Source: Vibrio cholerae ATCC 14035 | Lineage (GTDB): Bacteria > Pseudomonadota > Gammaproteobacteria > Enterobacterales > Vibrionaceae | Direction: 5' to 3' | NCBI RefSeq assembly: GCF_000621645.1 | Contig: NZ_JHXR01000001.1 | Coordinates: forward strand, 210,001 to 242,000 | DNA length: 32,000 nt | In this document: piece after piece, positions 1 through 9,215 of the stretch | Layout: each line of letters starts with the position of its first letter | Numbering within the stretch: position 1 is the first letter of the stretch | Notes under the pieces: model-generated | The model's input: the letters and a program-made list of their open reading frames with translations, nothing else | Told to the model about the DNA's origin: nothing | Database searches by the model: none | Made by a program: the position numbers and the translations under genes

Positions 1-1020
1 GAATCCGTTGGTGGCGAGAAAGTCTCTAGCCAGTTTTCTTGTGAACAACTGGCGACGTTAATTTTCACCTCGGGTTCGACGGGGACACCTAAAGCGGTGA
101 CTCACACTCATCAGCAACATTTGGCTTCGGCGCGCGGTTTACTGAACAAGTTTGCTTTTACCGAGTCAGACAGTTGGTTACTGAGCTTGCCGCTGTATCA
201 TATTTCTGGTGTGGCCATTCTTTATCGTTGGCTTGCTGTCGGAGCGACACTCAAGATCGGCACTGGCGATCTGCAAAACGATATTGCTGGCGTCACTCAT
301 GCTTCATTGGTGCCTACTCAGCTTAAACGTCTGTTGGACAGCAGCTCTCCATTGACGCTCAAACGTGTTCTGCTCGGCGGCAGCCATATCCCTGTTGAAC
401 TCGCTCAAATGGCGGCAACGCGTGGTATTGATACTTGGCTCGGCTATGGCATGACCGAAGCCGCCTCCACCGTGACGGCAAAGCGGGTCGATGGACTTGC
501 AGGTAATGGTGAGCTTTTGGATCATCGTGAGCTGCGCCTTGTTGATGGGCGGATTTTCATTGCTGGGAAGACGTTGGCACAAGGCTATTATTGGCAAGGG
601 CAGCTAGTTCCGCTCACTAATGAGCAGGGTTGGTTTGACAGCAAAGATCTCGGTCGCTGGCAGGGCAATAACCTGTTGATTGATGGCCGAGCGGATAATC
701 TTTTTATCTCTGGCGGTGAAAATGTTCACTGTGAAGAAATAGAAGCGGTGTTAAACCAGCACCCTCATGTGCAAGTGGCGATCGTAATACCCGTTCAAGA
801 TAGTGAGTTTGGTGCGCGACCCGTCGCCGTGATTCGTAGTGAGGCCGAGTGGTGTCAAGCCATCGGTGATACTTGGTGCCAAGCTAAACTCGAAAAATTC
901 AAATGGCCTATCATGTACTTTTTACTCCCCGATGCTTTGCTGGATGGGGGAATTAAAGTCTCTCGTGCGGCGGTGAAAGCGTGGTTGGCCGCCAACCAAA
1001 CGCAGTTCACTCCGCTATAA
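1..1020 (+). CDS. menE: O-succinylbenzoate-CoA ligase (MenE), 5'-truncated by the window edge
   Basis: Frame 1 is open from nt 1, so the gene enters from the left. The ORF-track start at 97 is an internal GTG. Nt 1-96 translate to ...LIFTSGSTGTPKAV, the AMP-binding core motif. Downstream HASLVPTQL, LLGG, GYGMTE, NLFISGGENV and GGIKVSR match my recollection of the E. coli MenE C-terminal two-thirds. Confidence 0.9.
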   Translation, partial: ESVGGEKVSSQFSCEQLATLIFTSGSTGTPKAVTHTHQQHLASARGLLNKFAFTESDSWLLSLPLYHISGVAILYRWLAVGATLKIGTGDLQNDIAGVTHASLVPTQLKRLLDSSSPLTLKRVLLGGSHIPVELAQMAATRGIDTWLGYGMTEAASTVTAKRVDGLAGNGELLDHRELRLVDGRIFIAGKTLAQGYYWQGQLVPLTNEQGWFDSKDLGRWQGNNLLIDGRADNLFISGGENVHCEEIEAVLNQHPHVQVAIVIPVQDSEFGARPVAVIRSEAEWCQAIGDTWCQAKLEKFKWPIMYFLLPDALLDGGIKVSRAAVKAWLAANQTQFTPL

Positions 1021-1048
1021 GATTAAACCTATCCGCTGCTGGTTGAGT

Positions 1049-2212
1049 TTATGGTCGCGGGCGAGTCGTCAACCGTAAGTACGCCAATCCGATCACAAGG
1101 CCAATCAGCGTCGCGCTCATTCCAAACAAGGTTGCACCAGAAAGCGTGATCACAAAAGTGAGTAGCGCAGGCTCGCGGTACTCATCGATTTTAAACGCGC
1201 TCTGCAAACACATCATCAATGTACCGAGCAGCGCTAAACCAGCGAGCATGGCTGAAATAGGTTTGGGTAGCGCGAGGAAGAGATTGACGACAAGGGCCGC
1301 AAAAATCCCTGCCAATAAATAAAATCCTCCAGCCCAAAGTACCGCACGGTAGCGTTGTGCTTTGTCTTGATCGACATCCTCATTCATACAGATGGCGGCA
1401 GAAATGGCGGCTAAGTTGACGCTAAAGCCGCCAAAAGGCGCGCTCATCAGGGTTGCCAATCCCGTGCCCACCAAAATCGGTTTGATTGGTGCGTCATACT
1501 GATAGCTTTTGAGCATCGCAATCCCCGGTAAATTTTGTGAAAGCATAGTGATGAGGTAGAGCGGCAGGGCAAGGTTAAGCATGGCGAGCCAATCAAACTC
1601 CGGCGTCACCCAGATTGGCGTGGCGATCCGCAGCGCCAGATCCGCATGCTGAAAGCTTCCCAAGGCGAGAGCACTGCCAAGACTGACCAGCAAGAGCACC
1701 AACATGGTGTATCGAGGAACAAGGTGCTTAGCCAGTAAGTAGCTAGTAAATAAAAGCGCAAAGAGTGCGGGAGTATCGGTCAGCGGGGTGAAGGCTTTGG
1801 CACAAAAGGGCAGCAAAATAGCACCAAGCATAGCCGTACCTAGAGGAACTGGGATTTTACTCAGTGCTCGTGTCAAAGGTGCGAGCATGCCCGTCAAAGT
1901 AAACAGTGCGCCAGAGAACATAAACGCGCCAATCACCACGGGTAATGAATATTGTCCCGCCGATGCCGCCAGCATGACTGCCGCAGGTGTTGACCACGCC
2001 GTGACAATTGGCGTTTTGTAAAACCAAGAGTAGAGGATTGACGTTAGCCCCATCACCACGCCTAGAGTCAGCAACCAACTTTCGATTTGAGTTGGATTGG
2101 CACCTGAGGCTGTGGCGGCTTGGATCACGATCACCACCGAACTGGTGTATCCCACCAAAACCGTGGTAAATCCCGCAGAGAGGTGACTAAGATTGAAGAA
2201 TCCTTTCATCAT
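1049..2212 (-). CDS. benE: BenE-family benzoate/aromatic acid membrane transporter (E. coli YdcO-like)
   Basis: The 387-aa polytopic hydrophobic protein has an N-terminus (FNLSHLSAGFTTVLVGYTSSVVIVIQAA) typical of the BenE family. It is divergently paired with an XRE-cupin regulator, as in E. coli ydcO/ydcN. Confidence 0.8.
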   Translation of the reverse strand: MMKGFFNLSHLSAGFTTVLVGYTSSVVIVIQAATASGANPTQIESWLLTLGVVMGLTSILYSWFYKTPIVTAWSTPAAVMLAASAGQYSLPVVIGAFMFSGALFTLTGMLAPLTRALSKIPVPLGTAMLGAILLPFCAKAFTPLTDTPALFALLFTSYLLAKHLVPRYTMLVLLLVSLGSALALGSFQHADLALRIATPIWVTPEFDWLAMLNLALPLYLITMLSQNLPGIAMLKSYQYDAPIKPILVGTGLATLMSAPFGGFSVNLAAISAAICMNEDVDQDKAQRYRAVLWAGGFYLLAGIFAALVVNLFLALPKPISAMLAGLALLGTLMMCLQSAFKIDEYREPALLTFVITLSGATLFGMSATLIGLVIGLAYLRLTTRPRP

Positions 2213-2234
2213 GATTTCCTTTTCAGGTAAAGTC

Positions 2235-2283
2235 GTGCGTAATAGCGCACGTTCCGAGTATAGCTCTGTGCGTTATAGCGCAC
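2235..2283. promoter_or_regulatory. Two near-identical 16-bp operator-like boxes in the benE / XRE-cupin divergent intergenic region
   Basis: GTGCGTAATAGCGCAC (2235-2250) and GTGCGTTATAGCGCAC (2268-2283) are 15/16 identical. Each has palindromic ends (GTGCG...CGCAC) and their starts are 33 bp apart. They lie 23 nt from the benE ATG and 17 nt from the regulator ATG. Confidence 0.55.
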
Positions 2284-2299
2284 AATAAGGGGTTTTCGC

Positions 2300-2845
2300 A
2301 TGACTGACGTGATGTTTAAGTCACAAATTGCTAATCAATTAAAAAATCTGCGCAAAAGCAGAGGGTTGAGTTTGGATGCCACTGCTCAACTTACTGGGGT
2401 ATCTAAAGCCATGTTAGGTCAAATTGAACGTGGTGAATCCAGTCCCACCATTGCGACACTTTGGAAAATTGCTAGCGGCCTTGAGGCTTCATTTTCCGCT
2501 TTCTTTGCCAATGATCCGCAACTTTTGTCGAGTGAGCGTTCTTTCCCTGACGATCTCAACATGAAAATCCACACCTTATTTCCTTATGCCGCAGATACAG
2601 GATTGGAAATATTTGAAATTACACTGCTCGATCACCATCAGCAGATGTCATCACCTCATGCTTTAGGGGTCATTGAATACATTCATGTTTTGGAAGGGAT
2701 TATGAAGGTGTTCTTTGATGAACAGTGGCATGAGTTGCAACAGGGAGAGCATATTCGTTTTTTTAGCGACCAACCTCACGGGTATGCGGCGGTGACAGAA
2801 AAAGCAGTGTTTCAAAATATTGTTGCGTACCCAAGGCGCGGCTAA
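2300..2845 (+). CDS. XRE-family HTH transcriptional regulator with C-terminal cupin domain (E. coli YdcN/SutR-like)
   Basis: The 181-aa protein has an N-terminal HTH_3-like segment (LKNLRKSRGLSLDATAQLTGVSKAMLGQIERGESSPTIATLWKIASGL). Its C-terminal part looks like a cupin beta-barrel (HVLEGIMKV...GEHIRF). Confidence 0.8.
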   Translation: MTDVMFKSQIANQLKNLRKSRGLSLDATAQLTGVSKAMLGQIERGESSPTIATLWKIASGLEASFSAFFANDPQLLSSERSFPDDLNMKIHTLFPYAADTGLEIFEITLLDHHQQMSSPHALGVIEYIHVLEGIMKVFFDEQWHELQQGEHIRFFSDQPHGYAAVTEKAVFQNIVAYPRRG

Positions 2846-2897
2846 CAGGTGCAGTGGGCGGTTTTGGCATAGGTAAGTCACCCACTGCCAGAGGATA

Positions 2898-4913
2898 CTA
2901 AATTTTGAATTTACTCATCTTTAGCGCCAAATCTTCTTGTTTTAGCTTGAGTGCTGAAATGGTGTGCTCACTCTGTTGGATTTTTTCTTGGGCACTTTGG
3001 CAAAGTGCTTGTAAGTGAGAAAGGCTAGAAGCAATACTGGTCACCGATTGCTCTTGATGAGTAATCGCCTCAGAGGTCTGCTGGTTCATCTGCGTTAGTC
3101 GAGAGATTTCAATCGCGACTTGATGTAAGGACTCTTCAGCCTGTGATGTGATCTCTGTGGTTTGAGTACCTTTTAACATGCTGTTGTTAATAACTCTTAC
3201 CGATTCATCGGCGCTGCTACGCAATTGAGTAATGCTCTGCTGGATGGTGTTGGTACTGCCTTGTGTTCGTGTAGCAAGTGAACGCACTTCATCGGCAACC
3301 ACCGCAAAGCCTCGCCCTTGTTCTCCCGCACGAGCGGCTTCAATCGCTGCATTAAGTGCGAGCAAATTAGTTTGTTCTGCAATGCCATTAATGTCGGCTA
3401 AAACTGGCTCGATACTTGTGACATGATTTTTTAAGGAGTTGATGGTTTCAGTTCCTTGTGTCACCTCTGCAACCAGTTCATTGACCGATTGAGCGGCTTG
3501 TCGAACGTTGCTGAGTGTACTTTGCGCGTTTTTATCTATGTTAAGTACCGATTGGCTTATCTCTCGCGCGCCACTGATCACTTGCGAAGAAATGGCGGTC
3601 ATCGCCGTGGTCGCGTTCGAAATAGTATTCACTTCGAATGTCTGTTTATTGACGGCTTCTGCGGTCACTTTAAACGTGGCAGACAGGTCTACCGCCGCGG
3701 TCTTAGCGAGATTGGTAGATTGAGTGATGTCAGCAATAAGATTCTGTATTTTTTCGATAAATTTATCGAATGATTTGCCCAATTCTCCAAACTCATCTTG
3801 GGTGGTGATGTTCACTCGCAGGGTTAAGTCACCATTACCTTCAGAGATATCGGTTACTCTCTCCTGCAAACGTTGTATAGGCGATAGAATTTGGTTCACA
3901 AGGATCCAACCTAACAACAGTAATACAAGCAAAGCGATAATGATCAATACCTTAAATGAAGATATCGCCCATGCTTGTCCATCTAAAATAAGCACGGCTT
4001 GCTGCTCTACTTTACTGTCTGCGAGTTCTTCTAATTCGGCAATGAAATCCAGTAATGCCAGTGATGTTACTGTGTACTCTTGGTAGATTTGACGATAGTT
4101 CCGATAGCTTTCAATGACCGCCATCATCGCCTGTTCATGCTGCGAGTTTAATTGGGAGAATACTTCTTCATAACTTGCATTTTTCCATTCCTCTCCTGCC
4201 GATATAGTAAATCGGCCAGTCGAGAACATTTCGCTGTTGGCTTGTTTTTGAAATCCAATCGCTTGTTCAATGGCTTTAATTTGAGTGGCATCATCTTGAC
4301 CATCCAGCAAACGTTGTGTGTAGTAGAGCTTCCATAGCAAGCCTATATTGGATTCCATACCGCCATCTGCGGCTTGCCAGCGTTCCATAACATCACTTTG
4401 CCAAGTGATGTTCCGATTAGGTTCTCGTTCTAATTCCTCAACGGCACTATCACCTAATGTCTCTAGTTTTTCACCAAAATCGACAAGGACTTGCGTTGCT
4501 TTATCGTAGGATTTTTTGGTCTCGATATAGTTCTTGTAGCTAGTAATCAGTGCGTTTCTTGATTGTTGATACTGTGAGTTGAATTGAGAAAATTGTTGTG
4601 TCTGAGCCGCACTTAATAGACCCGCTTCGATCATGCGGGAAGAGGACGTATCGACATCTGTAATGGCAGTATTGAGTATTTGTTCAACCCGTTGGCTATC
4701 TTCGCCTAGGATGAGCCTATTGACGGCAAGCATCTGAGCTTCAATCTGTATGGTGGTTTCCATCGCCCCATCTGCCGTATCCCAAGCGGGGCCAACAATG
4801 TAGCTCAACCCCGAGGAGCTTGAGTACATGGTTTTTATTGTCCAAATGCCTAAAGCAGTAACTAAAATACCTACGACGCTGAATGTGACTAATATTTTTG
4901 TTTTTACTCTCAT
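2898..4913 (-). CDS. Methyl-accepting chemotaxis protein with a large bimodular helical periplasmic sensor, HAMP and MA signalling domains
   Basis: The conserved MCP signalling hairpin is present ([37 protein letters not shown]). There are two TM segments and a HAMP region ([21 protein letters not shown]). I place the start at the ATG at 4913 (MRVKTK...), which has AGAGGA 7 nt upstream, rather than the SD-less GTG at 4952 used by the ORF track. Confidence 0.9.
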   Translation of the reverse strand: MRVKTKILVTFSVVGILVTALGIWTIKTMYSSSSGLSYIVGPAWDTADGAMETTIQIEAQMLAVNRLILGEDSQRVEQILNTAITDVDTSSSRMIEAGLLSAAQTQQFSQFNSQYQQSRNALITSYKNYIETKKSYDKATQVLVDFGEKLETLGDSAVEELEREPNRNITWQSDVMERWQAADGGMESNIGLLWKLYYTQRLLDGQDDATQIKAIEQAIGFQKQANSEMFSTGRFTISAGEEWKNASYEEVFSQLNSQHEQAMMAVIESYRNYRQIYQEYTVTSLALLDFIAELEELADSKVEQQAVLILDGQAWAISSFKVLIIIALLVLLLLGWILVNQILSPIQRLQERVTDISEGNGDLTLRVNITTQDEFGELGKSFDKFIEKIQNLIADITQSTNLAKTAAVDLSATFKVTAEAVNKQTFEVNTISNATTAMTAISSQVISGAREISQSVLNIDKNAQSTLSNVRQAAQSVNELVAEVTQGTETINSLKNHVTSIEPVLADINGIAEQTNLLALNAAIEAARAGEQGRGFAVVADEVRSLATRTQGSTNTIQQSITQLRSSADESVRVINNSMLKGTQTTEITSQAEESLHQVAIEISRLTQMNQQTSEAITHQEQSVTSIASSLSHLQALCQSAQEKIQQSEHTISALKLKQEDLALKMSKFKI

Positions 4914-5127
4914 GAAAGAGTCCTCTAACCCATCATATTTACCGGATGACACTGTTGGTGCTAAACGAAAGGCTGAAAAAGTCGGTAATGTGACTTTGAG
5001 TCTAGAACAGTTTTGGTGATGTTATTGGTTAATTGGGAGGATAAATAATGGGGTTATGAGGAGAAGTTGCAGCGCGATTGACTGCAACTTCAAAACATCA
5101 TGAATAATAGAGGAAGAAGGTGTGGGA

Positions 5128-7008
5128 TTAACGCCAATCGCCACGCAATTGTGCCACTTTTTCGTGCATCACCGCCGAGTTGGCTTGCTCCGGGGCAACT
5201 GGCATTCCCGCTTCAATCTCTAACTGTGAGCGAAAACGGCGTGGCACACCTTGGCAAGCTCGGCCTTTGTAACGGCTGAAATAACTGCCCCATAACCCTT
5301 TGAGTGCCAGAGGAACCACAGGAACAGGGCTGCGGTGTAGGATTAAATCTAAGCCACGCATAAACGGATTCATTTCACCATCGGCGGTAAGTCGACCTTC
5401 TGGGAAAATGCACACCAAATTCCCTTCGTTGAGTGAGTGTTCAATATCCGCAAATGCGCGGCGAAGAGAGGCTCGGTTGTTGGCAGAAATCGGGATCACC
5501 CCAGCGCGTTTCAAGAAACGTTTCAGCAGTGGCAGGTTGGCGTACTCTTCTTCCATCACAAAGTGAATTAAGCGCGGACAAACCGCACTGAGCAATAGGG
5601 CATCCATATAACTGACATGGTTACACACCAGCAGTGCGCCACCTTGCTCTGGAATATGGTGCAAGTTTTTATGGCGCACTCGGTACAGCGTATGAGTGAG
5701 GATCCACACCAGAAAGCGAACGGCAAAAATCGGCACTTGTAGGAAAATATACAAAGCCACCAAGACGTTAAGCACAGCCAGTAGTGCAAATAACTGCGGA
5801 ATACTCATCTCCAATACACTGAGGCACACAATGCCAAGTGCGGCACTGCCGACCATAAACAGCGAATTGTAGATATTGAGAGCCGCGATCACTTGCGCAC
5901 GTTCAGTGACTTTAGCGCGTTGCTGCAACATGGCGTAAAGCGGAACGATGAATACGCCACCAAACACGCCAATCAATAATAAATAAGCAAATAGTGGCCA
6001 TAGCGCGGAGTAAGTAACAAAATCCGCAAAAGTACTGAAAATGGGGAGATCGGCGGGAATGCTGGTCGCCATCAGATACCCGAAGAAGCTGATCCCCACA
6101 CTGCCCAAGGGCACAATGCCGACCTCAATCCGGTGTCCGGAAAGCTTGTCACACGCCAGTGAGCCGACGGCAATGCCGACGGAAAATAGCGCCAGTAAGA
6201 AAGAGACCGCGGCTTCATTACCGTTGAGGTGCAGTTTAGTGAAGTTAGGAAACTGAGTAAGGTACCCCGCGCCGAGAAACCAGAACCAACTGATCGCCAT
6301 AATGGACTGGAAAATGGCGCGATCACGTTTGGCTATGCGGAGCGTCTGCTTGGTTTGCGTAATTGGCTGCCAACGAAATTCGAGATGAGGAGCACTCGCA
6401 GGTGCGAGTGGGATAGCGCGGCTAGAGAGATAACCAAGCACGGCGAAAATCACTACCGCAGCCGCGGCGAAGTAGTGCGCGTTATCAGCGGAAGCAATCA
6501 GTCCAGCCCCTAAGGTGCCTAATAAGATCGCCAGAAAAGTACCGGTTTCTACTAAGGCATTACCGGGGACGAGCTCTTCCGATTTCAGTTGTTGTGGTAG
6601 CAATGCGTATTTCACTGGGCCAAAAAAGGCCGATTGTGTACCCATCAAGAACAATAAAAACAGTGAGATTCCGTAGCTTTGAGTGATAAAACCTATCGCA
6701 CCACACAGCATGATGGCGATTTCAAGCAATTTAACCCAACGAATATACCGAGACTTTTCTAGCTTATCCGCTAAGACTCCCGCGGTCGCAGAGAAGAGGA
6801 AAAAAGGCAGAATAAACAGCCCAGCAGCGAGATTGATGAATAAATTGCTTGAGATAGGTAACGCTTGAGGGCCTGCAAACGCAACAAAGAGTAACAAGAC
6901 ATTTTTAAAAATGTTGTCGTTAAAGGCACCAAGAAACTGAGTGATGAAATAGGGTAAAAAGCGGCGCTCAGTTAAGAGAGCCGTAGTTGGGTTTGCCATC
7001 TTGTTCAT
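5128..7008 (-). CDS. Fusion protein: LplT-like MFS (lysophospholipid transporter family) N-terminal domain plus PlsC-type 1-acyl-glycerol-3-phosphate/lysophospholipid acyltransferase C-terminal domain
   Basis: The 626-aa protein has ~430 aa of polytopic MFS-like sequence. This is followed by acyltransferase motifs: HX4D (CNHVSYMD) and the FPEGR block (CIFPEGRLT). Its start lies 4 nt downstream of the tetR stop, so the two are probably co-transcribed. Confidence 0.8.
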   Translation of the reverse strand: MNKMANPTTALLTERRFLPYFITQFLGAFNDNIFKNVLLLFVAFAGPQALPISSNLFINLAAGLFILPFFLFSATAGVLADKLEKSRYIRWVKLLEIAIMLCGAIGFITQSYGISLFLLFLMGTQSAFFGPVKYALLPQQLKSEELVPGNALVETGTFLAILLGTLGAGLIASADNAHYFAAAAVVIFAVLGYLSSRAIPLAPASAPHLEFRWQPITQTKQTLRIAKRDRAIFQSIMAISWFWFLGAGYLTQFPNFTKLHLNGNEAAVSFLLALFSVGIAVGSLACDKLSGHRIEVGIVPLGSVGISFFGYLMATSIPADLPIFSTFADFVTYSALWPLFAYLLLIGVFGGVFIVPLYAMLQQRAKVTERAQVIAALNIYNSLFMVGSAALGIVCLSVLEMSIPQLFALLAVLNVLVALYIFLQVPIFAVRFLVWILTHTLYRVRHKNLHHIPEQGGALLVCNHVSYMDALLLSAVCPRLIHFVMEEEYANLPLLKRFLKRAGVIPISANNRASLRRAFADIEHSLNEGNLVCIFPEGRLTADGEMNPFMRGLDLILHRSPVPVVPLALKGLWGSYFSRYKGRACQGVPRRFRSQLEIEAGMPVAPEQANSAVMHEKVAQLRGDWR

Positions 7009-7011
7009 CCA

Positions 7012-7602
7012 TTACCAGTTAGCCAGATAGTGATTCAGCAGATTATTAATCAAAGCATTACCATCAATCGGTTCATTGGCAAAAAATTTATCATCGACAC
7101 TCAAGATAGTGATGCCATGCACGCCAGACCACAATACGCGGCTCGCCTGCAACACTTCTTGCTCTGAACGCAAAGGCGCAATCACTTTCAGCAGATCTTC
7201 TAACATGCTGGTCATGTTATTAATGCGTTGAGCTTGCCACTCGGGCAGCATCTCCCCATTCATATTGTGTTCAAAAATTAACTGCCAGCGATAAGGATTT
7301 CTTTTCGCAAAATCATGGTAGCAATAAGCCAGTTGATAGAGTGCATCTTTCGGATAAGTGGTGGATTTCACAGCTTGCTGGGCTTCTTGCGCCAATTCAT
7401 CAAGGGTTTGCGCCACTACATGCAATAGCAACAAATTGTAATTGCCAAACACGTTGACTAAGGTGCTGGGCACGTAGCCAATCATAGTGGCGACTTTACG
7501 TAAGCTCAGCTCATGATAGGAGTGAGTATCGAGGAACTGTTTGACTCTATCTAAGGTGAGAGCCACCAGCTCTTCTCGGGTATGATCGTTTCGTCTAGCC
7601 AT
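7012..7602 (-). CDS. TetR/AcrR-family transcriptional regulator
   Basis: The 196-aa protein has an N-terminal TetR-type HTH (LSLRKVATMIGYVPSTLVNVFGNYNLL) and a helical C-terminal ligand domain. It is the first gene of the operon with the MFS::PlsC fusion. Confidence 0.8.
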   Translation of the reverse strand: MARRNDHTREELVALTLDRVKQFLDTHSYHELSLRKVATMIGYVPSTLVNVFGNYNLLLLHVVAQTLDELAQEAQQAVKSTTYPKDALYQLAYCYHDFAKRNPYRWQLIFEHNMNGEMLPEWQAQRINNMTSMLEDLLKVIAPLRSEQEVLQASRVLWSGVHGITILSVDDKFFANEPIDGNALINNLLNHYLANW

Positions 7603-7795
7603 GATCTGGATTCAATAATGAACAACGTTCGATAGTCTAAACATCCCCTATAGGAGCGTCAACGAATCGATTTGCAATATTCTGATACATGTCGATAAAT
7701 GCAAAACGTTTCCATTGCGAGATGAACTGGCTATAGTGACTTTGAGAAGATAGATCGGCTGCAAAGCCCCATAACATCGAACCCTAAGGAAGTGT

Positions 7796-8671
7796 ATGAA
7801 ACGTTTGTTTTCGCTTATCGCGTTAATCATGGTTTCGGTTGCGGTAACTCCGATTGCTGAGGCCAAAAAATTCGGAGGTGGTAAGTCGTTTGGTAATAAC
7901 AGTTACAAAACGGCTCCGGCACCTAAACAGCAACAACAAAAAAATGACACCGTGAAAAATGATGCGGCGAATCCAGCCAGCTCTGCGAAGAAAGGCTTAA
8001 TGGGCGGTTTGCTCGGCGGTCTACTGGCAGGTGGTCTGCTTGCTGCCTTCTTTGGCGGTGCATTTGAAGGTATCCAATTTATGGATATCCTGATCATGGG
8101 TCTGATTGCGTTTGTGATCTTCAAGCTGATGCGTGCTTTTCTGGCATCGAAGCAAGGCAGCATAAACCAATCTCAGCAGCAACCGGCCTACAGCGGCATG
8201 AACCGTACGCCGTTTGAGCAACCTAATGTACACAACTTTGAACAGCCACAATCTATGGGTGGTGGTTTTGGTAGTGCCGCTCAGAGCGATGTACCCCACA
8301 ATTACCCAGCCGGTTTTGACCGCGTGGCGTTTGTGAATGGTGCACGTGAACACTATCGCATCTTGCAAGGGGCGTGGAACCATAACCAACTCGAAACGAT
8401 TCGTGAGTATGTCTCTCCAAGCTTGTTTGAAGATCTTAAAGCCGAGCGTGCGAATTACGAAGGCGATCAACATACGGACGTCATGTACGTGGATGCAGAG
8501 ATTGTTCGTGCAGACTACGATGCAAACCGCGCTCAGCTCAGCTTGCAGTTCAGCGGTCGTTATCGTGACGCTGTCGAAGGTATTGAAGAAAACATCGAGG
8601 ACGTATGGCACTTAGAACGTGATCTGACAGTCCCCAATGCTCCTTGGTTGATTGTTGGTATCCAAGGTTAA
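7796..8671 (+). CDS. Tim44-like domain membrane protein (signal peptide, Gly-rich TM region, C-terminal Tim44-like fold)
   Basis: A signal peptide (MKRLFSLIALIMVSVAVTPIAEA) is followed by a Q-rich linker and GGLLGGLLAGGLLAAFFGG TM segments. The C-terminal ~140 aa (FVNGAREHYRILQGAWNHNQLETIREYVSPSLFEDL...) resemble bacterial Tim44-like proteins. The SD AAGGAAG lies upstream of the ATG. Confidence 0.7.
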   Translation: MKRLFSLIALIMVSVAVTPIAEAKKFGGGKSFGNNSYKTAPAPKQQQQKNDTVKNDAANPASSAKKGLMGGLLGGLLAGGLLAAFFGGAFEGIQFMDILIMGLIAFVIFKLMRAFLASKQGSINQSQQQPAYSGMNRTPFEQPNVHNFEQPQSMGGGFGSAAQSDVPHNYPAGFDRVAFVNGAREHYRILQGAWNHNQLETIREYVSPSLFEDLKAERANYEGDQHTDVMYVDAEIVRADYDANRAQLSLQFSGRYRDAVEGIEENIEDVWHLERDLTVPNAPWLIVGIQG

Positions 8672-8706
8672 AAAACAGACCAACGCCCAATTTAGTCATT
8701 GTATTC

Positions 8707-8734
8707 AACACCCAGCGAAAGCTGGGTGTTTTTT
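8707..8734 (+). terminator. Rho-independent terminator of the Tim44-like gene
   Basis: A perfect 10-bp stem (AACACCCAGC / GCTGGGTGTT) with a GAAA tetraloop is followed by a T-run. Confidence 0.85.
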
Positions 8735-8804
8735 ATCACGAAAATCCGAAGCCTGCCTCAACTGCAATCTGCCGATTTTTGGGTATATACTGGTCGCCTT
8801 CAAT

Positions 8805-9149
8805 ATGGCACAAAAGGAAAGTGACGTGGCGCAATTCAAACATCAACAACTCAGCCAAGCCGAGCAAGATAAACTCGATGCCGCAGTGTTTCGTCAACTG
8901 CTACAACATCTTGATCAACATAAAGAAGTTCAGAACATCGACCTGATGATTTTGGCGGATTTTTGCCGCAACTGCTTGTGTAAATGGTACGCTGCTGAAG
9001 CGGAAAAACAGGGGTTGGATTTGAATATTGATGATGCGCGTGAGCGCGTTTACGGTATGACTTACGATGAGTGGAAGGCAAACCACCAGCCGCCTGCGAC
9101 GCCAGAGCAACTCGCCGCCTTTGAAGCGAAAACGAAAAGCAAAGCTTAA
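8805..9149 (+). CDS. DUF1244-like small conserved protein
   Basis: The 114-aa protein contains the block VQNIDLMILADFCRNCLCKWY...ERVYGMTYDEWK, which I recall as characteristic of DUF1244. The ORF-track start at 8652 would read through the upstream terminator, so I use the ATG at 8805. No clear SD is present. Confidence 0.6.
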   Translation: MAQKESDVAQFKHQQLSQAEQDKLDAAVFRQLLQHLDQHKEVQNIDLMILADFCRNCLCKWYAAEAEKQGLDLNIDDARERVYGMTYDEWKANHQPPATPEQLAAFEAKTKSKA

Positions 9150-9161
9150 ATGTAGGCAATA

Positions 9162-9191
9162 AAAAACGCGCCCAATGGATGGCGCGTTTTT
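9162..9191. terminator. Bidirectional intrinsic terminator between convergent genes
   Basis: An 11-bp stem (AAAAACGCGCC / GGCGCGTTTTT) has an 8-nt loop. It is flanked by an A-run and a T-run, so it can serve both strands. Confidence 0.8.
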
Positions 9192-9215
9192 CGTAAACCG
9201 TATAAGCGGCTCGGT

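Noticed and set aside
5063-5091. Hairpins without U-tracts in three intergenic gaps. These are GAAGTTGCAG/CTGCAACTTC at 5063-5091, CAAGCCC/GGGCTTG at 25765-25783 and GCCGATGC/GCATCGGC at 31222-31248. A fourth is GCAGTGGG/CCCACTGC at 2851-2888.
   Set aside because: The stems are genuine, but none is followed by a T-run on either strand. I cannot call them intrinsic terminators; they may be Rho-dependent or stabilising elements.
8652-8804. The 5' extension of the DUF1244-like ORF back to 8652, which overlaps the end of the Tim44-like gene.
   Set aside because: The extension reads through a strong terminator hairpin (8707-8734) and encodes non-conserved sequence. Family-like sequence begins only after the ATG at 8805.
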